Assembly (NCBI RefSeq): GCF_035084215.1
Contig: NC_090343.1
Location: 33,604,001-33,668,000, forward strand
Origin: Heptranchias perlo
Taxonomy: Eukaryota
DNA: 64,000 nucleotides
Direction of reading: 5' to 3'
The notes under the pieces are model-generated. The model ran no database searches, had not been told where the DNA came from, and worked only from the letters and a program-made list of their open reading frames with translations. Below are positions 13,120 to 24,905 of this stretch, piece by piece (the stretch's first letter is position 1; each line of letters opens with the position of its first letter). Made by a program: the position numbers and the translations under genes.

Positions 13120-14470
13120 AAGGCATAATACTGTGACATCCCACCAAACTGCTGACCACCCAACTTCCCTTCCTGGCCGCCATGTTTGCTGATATTGTTA
13201 ATGATTTCCTCTCCTCAGGTAGTGTCCCCCTCCCCTTCAAATCTGCCAACATCATCCCCCCCTCCTCAAAAAACCTACTCTTGACCCTCTGTCCTTGCAA
13301 ATTACCGCCCCATCTCCAACCTCCCTTTCTTCTCCAATGTCCTTGAACCCCTCCCAAATCTGTGCCCATCTTTCGAACAGCTCCATTTTCAAAACCCTCC
13401 AATGAGGTTTCCGCCCCTGCCACAGCACTGAAAGGGCCCTTATCAAAGTCACAAATGACATCCTATGTGACTGTGGTAAACTATCCCTCCTCATCCTTCT
13501 CCACCTGTCTGTAGCCTTTAATACGGTTGACCACACCATCTTCCTCCAACGCCTCTCCTCTGGTGTCCAGCTGGCTGGGACTGCCCTCACCTGGTTCCTT
13601 TCTTATCTATCGAGTCGTAGCCAGAGAATCACTTGCAATGACTTCTCTTCCCGTTCCCGCACTGTTACCTCTGGAGTCCCCCAAAGATCTATCCTTGGCC
13701 CCCTCCTATTCCTCATCTACATGCTGCTCCTCGGTGACATCATCCGAAAACACAACTCAGTTTCCACGTATACGCTGAAAACATTCAGATTTGACCCCAA
13801 GCTGAACTTCTGACCCCATATCCTCTCCATCACCAAGACCACCTACTTCCAACTCCATAGCATCGCCGTCTCCGTCCCTGCCTCCGCTCATCTGCTGCTG
13901 AAACCCTCATCTATAACTTTATTACCTCTGGAGTTGACTATTCCAGTGCTCCCCTGAGGCCAGCCTCCCACCTTGCACCCTCCTTAAACTTGAGCTCATC
14001 CAAAACCCTGCCGCCCACATCCTAACTCGCACCAAGTCCCGTTCACCCATCACCCCTGTGGTGACCCACATTGGCTCCCGGTCCGGCAACGCTTTGATAT
14101 CCCTCCATGGCTTTGCCCTTCCCTATCTCTGTAACCTCTTCCAGCCTGACAACCCTCCAAGATCTCTGTGGTCCTCCAATTCTGACCTCTTGCGTATCCC
14201 CGATTTTCTTCACTCCACCACTGGCATCCGTGCCTTCAGCTTCTTGGGCCCCAAGCTCTGGAATTCCCTTCCTACATCTCTCTGCCTCTCTACCTTTCCT
14301 CCTTTAAGACAACCCTTAAAACTTACTTCTTTGACCAAGCTTTTGGTCACCTGTCATGTTATTTCCTTATGTGGCTCAGTGTCAAATACTGTTTGAAAAT
14401 TGCTTCTGTGAAGTATGTTAGGATGTTTTACTATGTTAAAGGCGTTATAGAAATGCAAGTTGTTGTTATT
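13120..14470 (+). mobile_element. L2 LINE, 5'-truncated and degenerate RT region
   Basis: NYRPISNLPF, HSTE, AFNTVDH, SGVPQ and LWNSLP remnants; (GTT)n tail. Confidence 0.85.
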
Positions 14471-14482
14471 GTTGTAGTGTAG

Positions 14483-14795
14483 GCATGGGCCTTTGGTTTA
14501 GTTGTAGTACTCCTGCCTCTGAATCAAAAGGTGCCAGGTTCGAACCCCACTCCATACAATCCTGGCGAGCAAAGACTGGAGCTCCAGCTCTGAATTCTGG
14601 GTTGACATCCAGCAGGATACTTGAGTCTGGTGAGTATGGGTGGTCCCTCCTTATCATATGGGTTGTGGGAGCCCATAAAACCCCCCGGCTGTATAGGACC
14701 AACCACCCTATTGGCTGGTATAAAGATGGAAGGAGCGTTCACGTCGCAGCCTGAGAGACTGTTAATCAGTCCGCGAGTCCTTTCACTACTTCACA
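14483..14795 (+). mobile_element. tRNA-headed SINE, family unassigned
   Basis: A-box-like TGGTTTAGTTG and B-box GGTTCGAACCC; body unlike the Deu-SINEs; ends TCACTACTTCAC. Confidence 0.55.
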
Positions 14796-14994
14796 CTGTT
14801 CTCCAGGGGAAAAGTGTGAAGATATGTAAACAACATCCTCTTAGTGTAACAGGAGCACTTCATGGAGTAAGATCAATACTTGGGACAGTGTAAAAATGAA
14901 TGAGGAAGCACTGCAACTTATTGATTGACATTTAACATGGGAATGCTTAGTGCTGTTGCTATGTTTGCTTTATTTGGAACAGCCTCTGTATATT

Positions 14995-15520
14995 TAATTT
15001 TCTATCCATGTCTCCTTATTCTAGACCCCTCAACCACTGGAAACAGTCAGTTTCTATCTACTCTGTCCCATGCCTTCAAAATTTTAAACACCTCTGTCAA
15101 ATCGCCCAGTATTTTCTCTGCTAATGAAACAACCCAATTTTTCAAGTCTTTCTTTACTGTTGTATTTTCTCATACCAGGCAGCAATCTAGTGAATCTGTG
15201 CTGGACCCTGTCTGTTGCTTCATCATGCTTCCTATAATATGGAGCCCAAACTGCACACAGTATTCCAACTGTGGTCTTACTGAGGTTTTATATAGATTCA
15301 TTATTACATCTTGACTTTTATGTTCTGTACCTCTTTCCATAAAATTCAGTATTCCATTTGTTTTTTTCAAATGGCATTATCACTTGAAGTGTTGCTTTTA
15401 ATGTCTTATGAATCTGAACCGATAAATCCCTCTGCTCTGCCACATCACCCAGCTTTCCTCCCTTCAAAGCAGAATTATTACTTTATTTTTAACAAAATGT
15501 ACCACCTCACACTTACTGAC
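14995..15520 (-). mobile_element. CR1 RT C-terminal fragment
   Basis: ORF 15170-15370: LYKTSVRPQLEYCVQF. Confidence 0.8.
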
Positions 15521-15864
15521 ATGGAATTACGTACACACACATATATATATATATATATATGGCATTCTCTTCTCACTTAAAGTGCCCACTAATAAATCAA
15601 TGACTAAAATATTTAATTTTGAAGCAAGGGGGTTGTGAGTGGATCAGTCCTGGGCCTGATAATGGAACCATTGCTTTTGGGGGAGTTGGAGACCAGAAAG
15701 GAAGGACAAAAGATGGGACTAAGTTTAAAAAATAAATTTGAGCACTAATTAGAACAAATAAATGTTTGGTGCTGCAGTTCATGCCTCTGCTGCACCAGAG
15801 AAGATTACTCAGAGTTGAAATTAACATTAGCGCACTTGCTGGCCACTTGGAGGACTGCAAGTGC

Positions 15865-16490
15865 TGTAGTGACACACCGCTGTTACACTGCATTCTGTAC
15901 ACTGTAGTGACAGACATAGACTGTCACACTGCATTCTGTACACTCTAGTGACAAACATAGACTGCTACACTGCTGTTACACTGTATTCTGTACACTATAG
16001 AGAAAGACACACACCTGTACACTACTGTGACACTGCATTCTGTACACTGTAGTGACAGACATAGACCGCTACACTGTTGTTACACTGCATTCCGTACATT
16101 GTAATGACAGACAGAACGCTACACTGCTGTTACACTGCATTCTACACACCATAGTGACAGACACACACACCTGTACACTGTAGTGACAGACACACACACA
16201 CACCTGTACACTGTAGTGACAGACACACACACACACACACCTGTACACTGTAGTGACAGACACACATACACACCTGTACACTGTAGTGACAGACACACAC
16301 ACACACCTGTACACTGTAGTGACAGACACACACACACACACCTGTACACTGTCGTGACAGACACACACACACCTGTACACTGTTGTGACAGACACACACA
16401 CACCTGTACACTGTCGTGACAGACACACACACCTGTACACTGTCGTGACAGACACACACACCTGTACACTGCTGTCACGCTGCATTCTGT
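15865..16490. repeat. Minisatellite ~28-38 bp (ACACTGTAGTGACAG(AC)nCTGT) with embedded variable (AC)n
   Basis: Direct tandem units visible; degenerate on the left, homogeneous at 16150-16470. Confidence 0.9.
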
Positions 16491-17154
16491 GCCACCCAAG
16501 CAGGCAGAGCATGTGCACAACTTCTCTTGAAAGACGCACATTTCGCAATTTTTGAAACACATTAGATTTACAATCAGCCCGACTTCTGATCGCTTCAAAA
16601 TACCAAGAACAGGAAGCAGCAAAAGCCAGTTAGCAAAACTGGCGCCAAACTTGAAGAGTTAGGACATTCCTGACCAACCTGCACAATGGTTCTGCCACTG
16701 AAAGGAATAAATAGTCAAATACTCAAGTGTTGCTGGGACCACATACACGACTGTGCGGAATGTAGGTGGTCATGGCTGAATGCACAAGTGCTAATGTTCA
16801 GCTTAATATCTGGAGTTTTGCTGGATTACATGAGAAAGGGTTAGAGAGAAGTTTCACAGAGTTTTATCTCCTGACAGTTTAACTGCATTATTTGCTTTAC
16901 TTGCACATTGGGCTGAACTCAAACCAGTGTAAGATGTACATAGTTTATTTTTAGGAACAGATCTGAACAACCTTTCTTACTTGTAGTACTATTTTCAATT
17001 TCCCATTGTTCTTTGTAACGTGTGTGTCTGTGCTATTTTCGTTTTATTACTACTGTTATTATTCACCCATATTTGCATAGCAAAATTTAAATTGTGTGTG
17101 ATTTGAAATTAATGAATTTTCATTCTGATTTTGTATTTAAACAGTATATTCACC

Positions 17155-17226
17155 ATGGGTAATGCAGTACCACATGAACCTTTGAATGACACTGTGGGGG
17201 AAAACTCATCATTGGAACAAACCAAG
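17155..17226 (+). CDS. BCAS1: BCAS1 first coding exon (MGNAVPHEPLNDTVGENSSLEQTK)
   Basis: Acceptor ttgtatttaaacag (ends 17144), Kozak CACCATGG, MGN start as in human BCAS1, donor AAG|gtagtg, phase 0 matching the next exon. Confidence 0.8.
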
Positions 17227-17444
17227 GTAGTGCTGGTATTCATTATTAATTCATCTTTCTTCAATTCATATTTTTATGCGTGTTTATTTTAATTTTGCAG
17301 TTTAACATACAAGGATCTACTTGTTAAAGCATGTCACAATTCTGTAGTAAGTGTTTTAAATCATTATTGTGACATTCGTATGGCATCATAAGGAATAAAA
17401 ACTAGCTGGCAGGTACTCCGGGAATGCTGCTGAAATAGCGTAGA

Positions 17445-18370
17445 ATTACAGAATCATAGAAAATTTACAGCACAGAAGGAGGCCATTCGGCCCATCGTGT
17501 CCACGCCGGCTGAGAAACGAACCATCCAGCCTATTCCCACGTTCCCGCATTTGGTATGTAGCCCTGCAGGTCACGGCTCTTCAGGTGCACATCCAGGTAT
17601 TTTTTTTAATGGGTTAAGTGTTTCTGTCTCTCCCACCCTCTCAGACAGTGAGTTCCAGATCCCCACCACCCTATGGGTGAAAATTTTTTTCCTAATTTCT
17701 GCTCTAATCCTTCTAACAATCACTTTAAATCTATGCCCCCTGGTTATTGACCCTCCACTAAGGGAAATAGGTCCTTTCTATCCACTCTATCTAGGCCCCT
17801 CATAATTTTGTACACCTCAATCAAATCACCCCTCAGCCTCCTTTGTTCCAAGGAAAACAACCCCAGCCTATCCAATCTGTCATCATTGCTAAAATTCTCC
17901 AGTCCTGGCAACATCCTCGTAAATCTCCTCTGCACCCTCTCTAGTGCAATTACATCCTTCCTATAATGTGGTGACCAGAACTGTACACAGTGCTCAAGCT
18001 GTGGCCTAATTAGTGTTTTATACAGTTCCAGCATAACATCCCTGCTTTTATATTCTATGCCTCGGCTAATAAAGGAAAGCATTCTTAGATTTATCCACCT
18101 GTCCTGCCACCTTCAGGGATCTGTGGACATACACTCCAAGATCCCTCACTTCCTCTACACCTCTCAGTATCCTCCCATTTATTATGTATTCCCTTGCCTT
18201 GTTTGCTCTCCCCAAATGCATTACCTCACACTTCTTCGGATTGAACTCCATTTGCCATTTTTCTGCCCATCTGACCAGTCCATTAATATCTTGCTGCAGT
18301 CTACAGCTTTCCTCCTCACTATCAACCACACGGCCTATCTTTGTGTCATCTGCAAATTTCTTAATCAAAG
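17445..18370 (-). mobile_element. CR1 3' fragment
   Basis: ORFs with KFADDTK and LEHCVQFWSPHYRKD; 3' microsatellite-like tail at 17445-17460. Confidence 0.9.
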
Positions 18371-18426
18371 CCCCCTTTAGGGTGAAATTGAAAGGGATCT
18401 GAGGCTATTAGTAGACTCATGGCTTA

Positions 18427-18600
18427 ACATAGAAACATAGAAAATGGGAGCAAGAGTAGGCCATTCGGCCCTTCGAGCCTGCTCCGCCGTTCACTATGAT
18501 CATGGCTGATCCTCTATCTCAATACCATATACCTGCTCTCTCCCCATACCCCTTAATGCCTTCTGTGTCTAGAAATCTATCTATCTCCTTCTTAAATATA
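18427..18600 (-). mobile_element. Short CR1 3' end
   Basis: (CATAGAAA)n tail and GGCCATTCGGCCC, reverse-similar to 23590-23767. Confidence 0.85.
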
Positions 18601-18727
18601 AATATACATAACATGTCCAGTCATTGCAGAACAGCACAACAAAGCTAATGGGACATTGAATTATATAGTCAAAACAGTAGAGTCGGGAAAGTCATGCCAA
18701 AACTGTACAGTGTTTTGGTCACACATT

Positions 18728-18881
18728 GGGCGGAATTTTCAGCAAGAGCGTAAAACAGGTGATAGCAGATAGGCCGCCTGTCATATATCTCGCCCAATTT
18801 TCCTTCCAAGGGGGTGTATAACAAGTCACCGATCTGCAACCGCCCATTTTATATCTCCCGCCAAAGTTGAAAGTTCTGCTC
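18728..18881. mobile_element. Harbinger-type MITE
   Basis: Imperfect TIRs GGGCGGAATTTTCAGC / GTTGAAAGTTCTGCTC (12/16), flanks ATT/ATA. Confidence 0.55.
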
Positions 18882-18911
18882 ATAGTGTCCAGTTTTGGCC
18901 AGCAAGACACA

Positions 18912-19745
18912 AGGAGAGTCCGAGAGCAGGAGGAGAGTCCGAGAGGTGAGCGCGGTGTAAAAGGAGAGTCCGAGAGCGGGAGGAGAGTCCGAGAGGTGAG
19001 CAGGGTGTAAAAGGAGAGTCCCGAGAGCGAGAGGAGAGTCCGAGAGGTGAGCGCGGTGTAAAAGGAGAGTCCCGAGAGCGAGAGGAGAGTCAGAGAGGTG
19101 AACGTGGTGTAAAAGGAGAGTCCGTAGAGTGGGAGAAGAGTCTGAGAGGTGAGTGCAGTGTAAAAGGAGAGTCTGAGAGGTGAGCACGGTGTAAAAGGAG
19201 AGTCCTGAGAGCAAGAGGAGAGTCAGAGAGGTGTGCGTGGTGTAAAAGGAGAGTCCCGTGAGCGAGAGAAGAGTCCGAGAGGTGAGCGCAGTGTAAAAGT
19301 AGAGTCCGAGAGCAGGAGAAGAGTCCGAGAGGTGAACGCAGTGTAAAAGGAGAGTCCTGAGAGTGGGAGAAGAGTCTGAGAGGTGAGTGCAGTGTAAAAG
19401 GAGAGTCCGAGAGGTGAGCGCAGTGTAAAAGGAGAGTCCGAGAGGTGAGCGTGGTGTAAAAGGAGAGTCCCTAGAGTGGGAGAAGAGTCCGAGAGGTGAA
19501 CGCAGTGTAAAAGGAGAGTCCGAGAGGTGAGCGTGGTGTAAAAGGAGAGTCCCGAGAGCGAGAGAAGAGTCCGAGAGGTGAGCGCAGTGTAAAAGTAGAG
19601 TCCGAGAGCAGGAGAAGAGTCCGAGAGGTGAGTGTGGTGTAAAAGGAGAGTCCCGAGAGCGAGAGAAGAGTCCGAGAGGTGAGCGCAGTGTAAAAGGAGA
19701 GTCTATAGAGCGGGAAGAGAGTCCGAGAGATGAACACAGTTTAAA
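18912..19745 (+). repeat. Composite tandem array forming the CR1 5' UTR (17 x ~31-bp unit with optional ~19-20-bp unit)
   Basis: GAGAGTCCGAGAGGTGAGCGCAGTGTAAAAG counted 17 times plus a degenerate 18th, ending just before the ORF1 ATG at 19759. Confidence 0.9.
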
Positions 19746-19758
19746 TCTAAGGCAAGTC

Positions 19759-20681
19759 ATGGCAGCAGAGCTCACACCCATGATATGCTCCTCCTGCACT
19801 ATGTGGGAAGTCATGGACACTACAGGTGTCCCAGGCGACCATGTGTGCAGGAAGTGTGTCCAGCTGCAGCTACTGACTGTCCGCATTTCGGAGCTGGAGC
19901 TGCGGGTGGATTCACTGTGGAGCACGTTCAGTGAGGTGGTCACACCGCAGGTAAAGATTACGCTGGCCAAAAGGAAAAGGGTGACAGCCAGGCAGAGTAA
20001 AAGGACTAGGCAGGTATAGCAGGAATCCCCCGGGGCCATCTCCCTCTCAAACAGATATACCGCTTTGGATACTGTTGGGAGAGATGGCTTATCAGGGGAA
20101 AGCAGCAAGAGCCAAGTTCGTGGCACCACAGGTGGCTCTGCTGCCCAGGAGGAGAGGAATAAGAGTGGCAGCGCTATATTGATAGGGGATTCAATTGTAA
20201 GGGGAACAGATAGGCGTTTCTGCGGCCACAAATGTGACTCCAGGATGGTATGTTGCCCCCCTGGTGCTAGGGTCAAGGATGTCATGCAGCGGCTGCAGGG
20301 CATTCTGGAGGGGGAGGGTGAACAGCCAGTAGTCGTGGTCCATATCGGTACCAAAGACATAGGTAAAAAAAAAGGGATGATGTCCTGCAAGGTGAATTTA
20401 AGGAGTTAGGAGATAAATTAAAAAGCAGGATCTCAAAGGTAGTGATCTCAGGATTACTACCAGTGCCACGTGCTAGTTAGCAGAGGAACAGGAGAATAGA
20501 CCATATGAATGCGTGGCTGCAGGGATGGTGTAGGAGAGAGGGATTTAGATTCCTGGAACATTGGGACCGGTTCTGGGGAAGGTGGGACCTGTACAAGTGG
20601 GACAGGTTACACCCGAGCAGGACCGGGACCAATGTCCTCGTGGGGTTGTTTGCTAGTGCTGTTGGGGAAGGTTTAAACTAG
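19759..20681 (+). pseudogene. CR1 ORF1 (Cys zinc finger, coiled coil, SGNH/GDSL esterase), disrupted
   Basis: CSSC..CRKC, GDSIVRG, VVHIGT and terminal EGLN*; internal stops and frameshifts. Confidence 0.9.
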
Positions 20682-20812
20682 AATGGCAGGGGGATGGGAA
20701 CCTGAGCAGGGAGACAGAGGAGGGGGAAACAAGGATAGAAACAAAAGACAGAAAGGGAAGAAGCAATAGTGGAAGGCAGAGAAAGCAAGGGCGAAAAACA
20801 AATAGGGTCATA

Positions 20813-23689
20813 GTGCAAAATAAAACTAAGATGACTAGCAATCTTAAAAAGACAAGTCTAAAGGCATTGTGTCTAAATGCGCGAAGCATTCGCAATAAGG
20901 TAGATGAATTAACAGCGCAGATAGATATTAACGGGTATGATATAGTTGTGATTATGGAGACATGGCTGCAGGGTGACCAAGGATGGGAACTGAACATCCA
21001 GGGGTATTCAATATTTAGGAAGGACAGGCAAAAAGGGAAAGGAGGTGGGGTAGCGTTGTTAGTAAAGATGGAAATCAATGCAATAGTGAGGAAGGATATT
21101 GGCTCGGAAAATCACGATGTAGAATCTGTATGGGTGGAGCTAAGAAACACCAAGGGGCAGAAAACGTTGGTGGGGGTTGTCTATAGTCCCCCAAACAGTA
21201 GTGGAGATGTAGGGGAGGGCATTAAACAGGAAATTAGAGACGCATGCAAGAAAGGTACAACTATAATCATGCGTGACTTTAATATACATATAGATTGGTC
21301 AAACCTAATTAGCAATAATACTTTGGGGGAGGAATTCCTGGAGTGTGTACGTAATGGTTTTCTAGACCAATATGTTGAGGAACCAACAAGAGAACAGGTG
21401 ATCCTAGACTGGGTATTGGGCAATGAGAAAGGATTAATTAACAATCTTGTTGTGTGGGGTCCCTTAGGGAAGAGCGACCATAACATGATAGAATTCCTCA
21501 TTTAAGATGGAGAGTGAAGTAGTTGAATCCGAAACTAGGGTCCTGAATCTAAATAAAGAAAATTACGAAAGTATGAGGTGCGAGTTGGCTATGATAGATT
21601 GGGTAACTTTACTAAAAGGGATGATGGTGGATAGGCAATGGCTAATATATAAAGAACGTGTGCAGGAATTACAACAATTATTCATTCCTGTCTGGCGCAA
21701 AAATAAAACAGGAAAGGTGGCTCAACTGTGGCTTACAAAAGAAATTAGGGATAGTATTAGATCCAAAGAGGAGGCATATAAAATTGCCAGAAAAAGCGGC
21801 AAGCCTGAGGATTGGGAGCAGTTCAGAATTCAGCAAAGGAGGACAAAGAGATTGATTAAGAGGGGAAAAATAGAGTATGAGAGTAAACTAGCAGGGAACA
21901 TAAAAACTGACTGTAAAAGCTTCTATAAATATGTTAAGAGAAAAAGATTAGTGAAGACAAATGTAGGTCCCTTATAGTCCGAAATGGGGGAAATTATAAT
22001 GGGGAACAAAGAAATGGCAGAACAATTAAACACATACTTTGGTTCTGTCTTAACAAAGGAGGACACAAATAACCTGCCAGAAATGTTAGGGAACCAAGGG
22101 TCTAGTGAGAGGGAGGAACTGAAGGAAATCAGTATTAGTAAAAAAAAATAGTGCTAGGGAAATTAATGGGGCTAAAGGCTGACAAATCCCCAGGGCCTGA
22201 TAATCTACATCCCAGAGTACTAAAGGAAGTGGCCCTGGAAATAGTGGATGCATTGGTGATCATCTTCCCAAATTCTATAGACTGTGGAACAGTTCCTACA
22301 AATTGGAGGGTGGCAAATGTAACCCCACTATTTAAAAAAGGAGGGAGAGAAAAACCAGGGAATTGCAGACCAGTTAGCCTAATATCAGTAGTGGGAAAAA
22401 TGCTAGAATCTATTATAAAAGATATGATAACAGAACACTTGGAGGGCATTAACGGGATTGGACAAAGTCAGCATGGGTTTACGAAAGGGAAATCATGCTT
22501 AACAAATCTACTGGAGTTTTTTGAGGATGTAATTCGTAGAATAGATAGGGGAGAACCAGTGGATGTGGTGTATTTGGATTTTCAGAAGGTTATTGATAAG
22601 GCCCCAAACAAGAGGTTAGTGTGCAAAATTAAAGCACATGGGATTGGGGGTAATATACTGGCATGGATTGAGAATTGGTTGACAGACAGGAAACAGAGAG
22701 TAGGAATAAACGGGTCTTTTTCCGGGTGGCAGGCAGTGACTAGTGCGGTACTGCAGGGATCAGTGCTTGGGCCCCAGCTACAATATATATCAATGATTTG
22801 GATGAGGGAGCTAAATGTAACATTTCCAAGTTTGTAGACGACACAAAGCTGGGGTGGAATGTGAGCTGTGAGGAGGATGCAAAGAGGCTCCAATGTGATT
22901 TAGACAAGTTGGGTGAGTGGGCAAGAACATGGCAGATGTAGTATAACGAGGATAAATGTGAGGTTATCCACTTTGGTTGTAAAAACAGAAAGGCAGTTTA
23001 TTATCTGAATGGTGATAGATTGGGAAATGGGGAGGTGCAACGAGACCTGGCTTTCCTTGTACACCAGTCGCTGAAAGCGAGCATTCAGGTGCAGCAAGCA
23101 GTTAGGAAGGCAAATGGTATGTTGGCGTTCATTGCAAGAGGATTTGAGTACAGGAGCAGGGATGTCTTACTGCAGTTATACAGGGCCTTGGTGAGGCCAC
23201 ATCTGGAGTATTGTGTGCAGTTTTGCTCTTGTTATCTGAGGAAGGATGTTCTTACCATGGAGGGAGTGCAATGACGGTTTACCAGACTGATTCCTGGGAT
23301 GGCAGGACTGGCGTATGAGTAGAGATTGGATCGACTAGGCCTATATTCACTAGAGTTTAGAAGAATGAGAGGTGATCGCATTGAAACATTAAAAAATTCT
23401 TTCAGGACTAGACAGACTAGATGCAGGGAGGATGTTCCCGATGACTGGGAAGTCCAGAACTAGGGGTCACAGTCTCAGGATACGTGGTATGCCATTTAGA
23501 ACCGAGATGAGGAGAAATTTCTTCACTGAGAGGGTGGCGAACCTGTGGAATTCTCTACCACAGAAGGCAGTGGAGGCCAAGTCATTAGATGTATTCAAGA
23601 AGGAGATAGATATATTTCTTAATACTAAAGGGATCAAGGGATATGGGGAAAAAGCGGGAACAGGTACTGAGTTAGACGATCAGCCATGA
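20813..23689 (+). pseudogene. CR1 ORF2 (APE endonuclease and reverse transcriptase), disrupted
   Basis: LNARSIRNK, DFN, SDH, KSPGPD, QHGF, YLDFQK, QGSVLGP, FVDDTK, LWNSLP across broken frames. Confidence 0.95.
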
Positions 23690-24762
23690 TCATTTTGAAT
23701 GGCAGAGCAGGCCCAAAGGGCCGAATGGCCTACTCTTGCTCCTATTTTCTGTTTCTATGTTTCTATGAGACCTTTACCCCCTGGATGCAGCACAGAGAAT
23801 TGAGGTATAAGGAAACACTGGAAAAACTTGGGCTTCTCAACTTTGAAACGAGGTGATTGTGATGTCTCATAAGGATGAATAATGTAGTAATGACAGAGAA
23901 GATATTTGGAACACTACTTTAAATTAACTGTGACAGTAGGACAGGAGGGCTCAGGTTCAAACTAGTGAAAGGCAAATTTAGGACTGACATCAGGAAGCCC
24001 TTCTTCATGCAAAGATTGATCAACACATGGAATGGACTTCTGGTTGGGATAGTGGAGGCAAACCCTGGAATCATTTAAGAAAGTGTTGAATGCTGGATCC
24101 TGTGATGGAGGGCTGTAGGCTGTTGCCCGATGAATCAACCAGGATTGACTGAATGGCTCTCTTCATTTATCTTGATTTATAATAAGCAAATAATATGAGT
24201 GTGAAATGACAGTCAGCTGATTTATGGCAGGCAGACATTCACCTTTATCAGCTTTTCACTCTGACAGTATTTTATCGTGGCATAGCACTTCTCAATAATG
24301 CTAGTTAAATAATAGTTTTCTTAGTGAAACTGAAAATATTTTTTCATTTGTTTGTAATATCTGCTTATGTTGTTGATTTATATGAAAGAAAAACTGATTT
24401 TTGAAGTGCCTATGTGTATTTAAAATACCTGACAAATGCCTATTACCATCATTTAGTTTGGATCCTTTAGTTCTTTCATGTTAAATTTACAAGATTTGCA
24501 TAGAACGTTTTACATACAAAAAAGGCATTTAATAGTCAATACAATAATGTGAATAAAACTACATTAGTAGTTTCAGTTAAATACTTACGTTTGATCTTTT
24601 ATTTGATCTCATTTTGTCCCCTGATTATATCATGTGCAGAGGATTAATAATTAAAATTGTTACCAAAACTGAAAAAAAAGGCTGTTTTATACATGTAAAA
24701 CTTACTATATAAGAAAGTACTGCTTGTAAGAAAAGTCTTTGAACTGTTGCCTTAACGAACGA

Positions 24763-24905
24763 ATGTGTTGATCAATCTTTGCATGAAGAAGGGCTTCCTG
24801 ATGTCAGTCCTAAATTTGCCTTTCACGAGTTTGAACCTGAGCCCCCCTGTCCTACTGTCACAGTTAATTCAAAGCAGTGTTCCAAATATCTTCTGTGTCA
24901 TTACT
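24763..24905 (-). repeat. Local inverted duplication of 23886-24028
   Basis: 143 bp reverse complement with 5 mismatches by manual alignment. Confidence 0.9.

Larger units (their letters stand above)
18912..23767 (+). mobile_element. Near full-length CR1 LINE (inactivated)
   Basis: 5' array, ORF1, ORF2 (APE endonuclease plus RT) and 3' (TTTCTATG)n tail. Confidence 0.95.
18610..24170 (+). mobile_element. Old CR1 3' fragment split by a MITE and by a younger full-length CR1
   Basis: RT C-terminal remnant (AAACTGTACAGTGTTTTGGTC...TGTCCAGTTTTGG) resumes after 23767 (GGATGCAGCACAGAG...TGGAATGGACTT). Confidence 0.6.

Noticed and set aside
14745-14795. Possible hammerhead (CTGAGAGA...)
   Set aside because: Does not fit CUGANGA and lacks the GAAA box on the same strand.
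16069-16622. Cys/Val-rich ORFs
   Set aside because: Artefacts of the (AC)n minisatellite; the same applies to ORFs at 43157-43552 and 61466-61820.
18912-19745. CRISPR-like repeat/spacer appearance
   Set aside because: The 'spacers' are variants of one sequence, there are no cas genes, and the context is a vertebrate LINE.
18849-20390. 513-aa minus-strand ORF
   Set aside because: Antisense read-through of the CR1 tandem array and ORF1; repetitive peptide with no domain.
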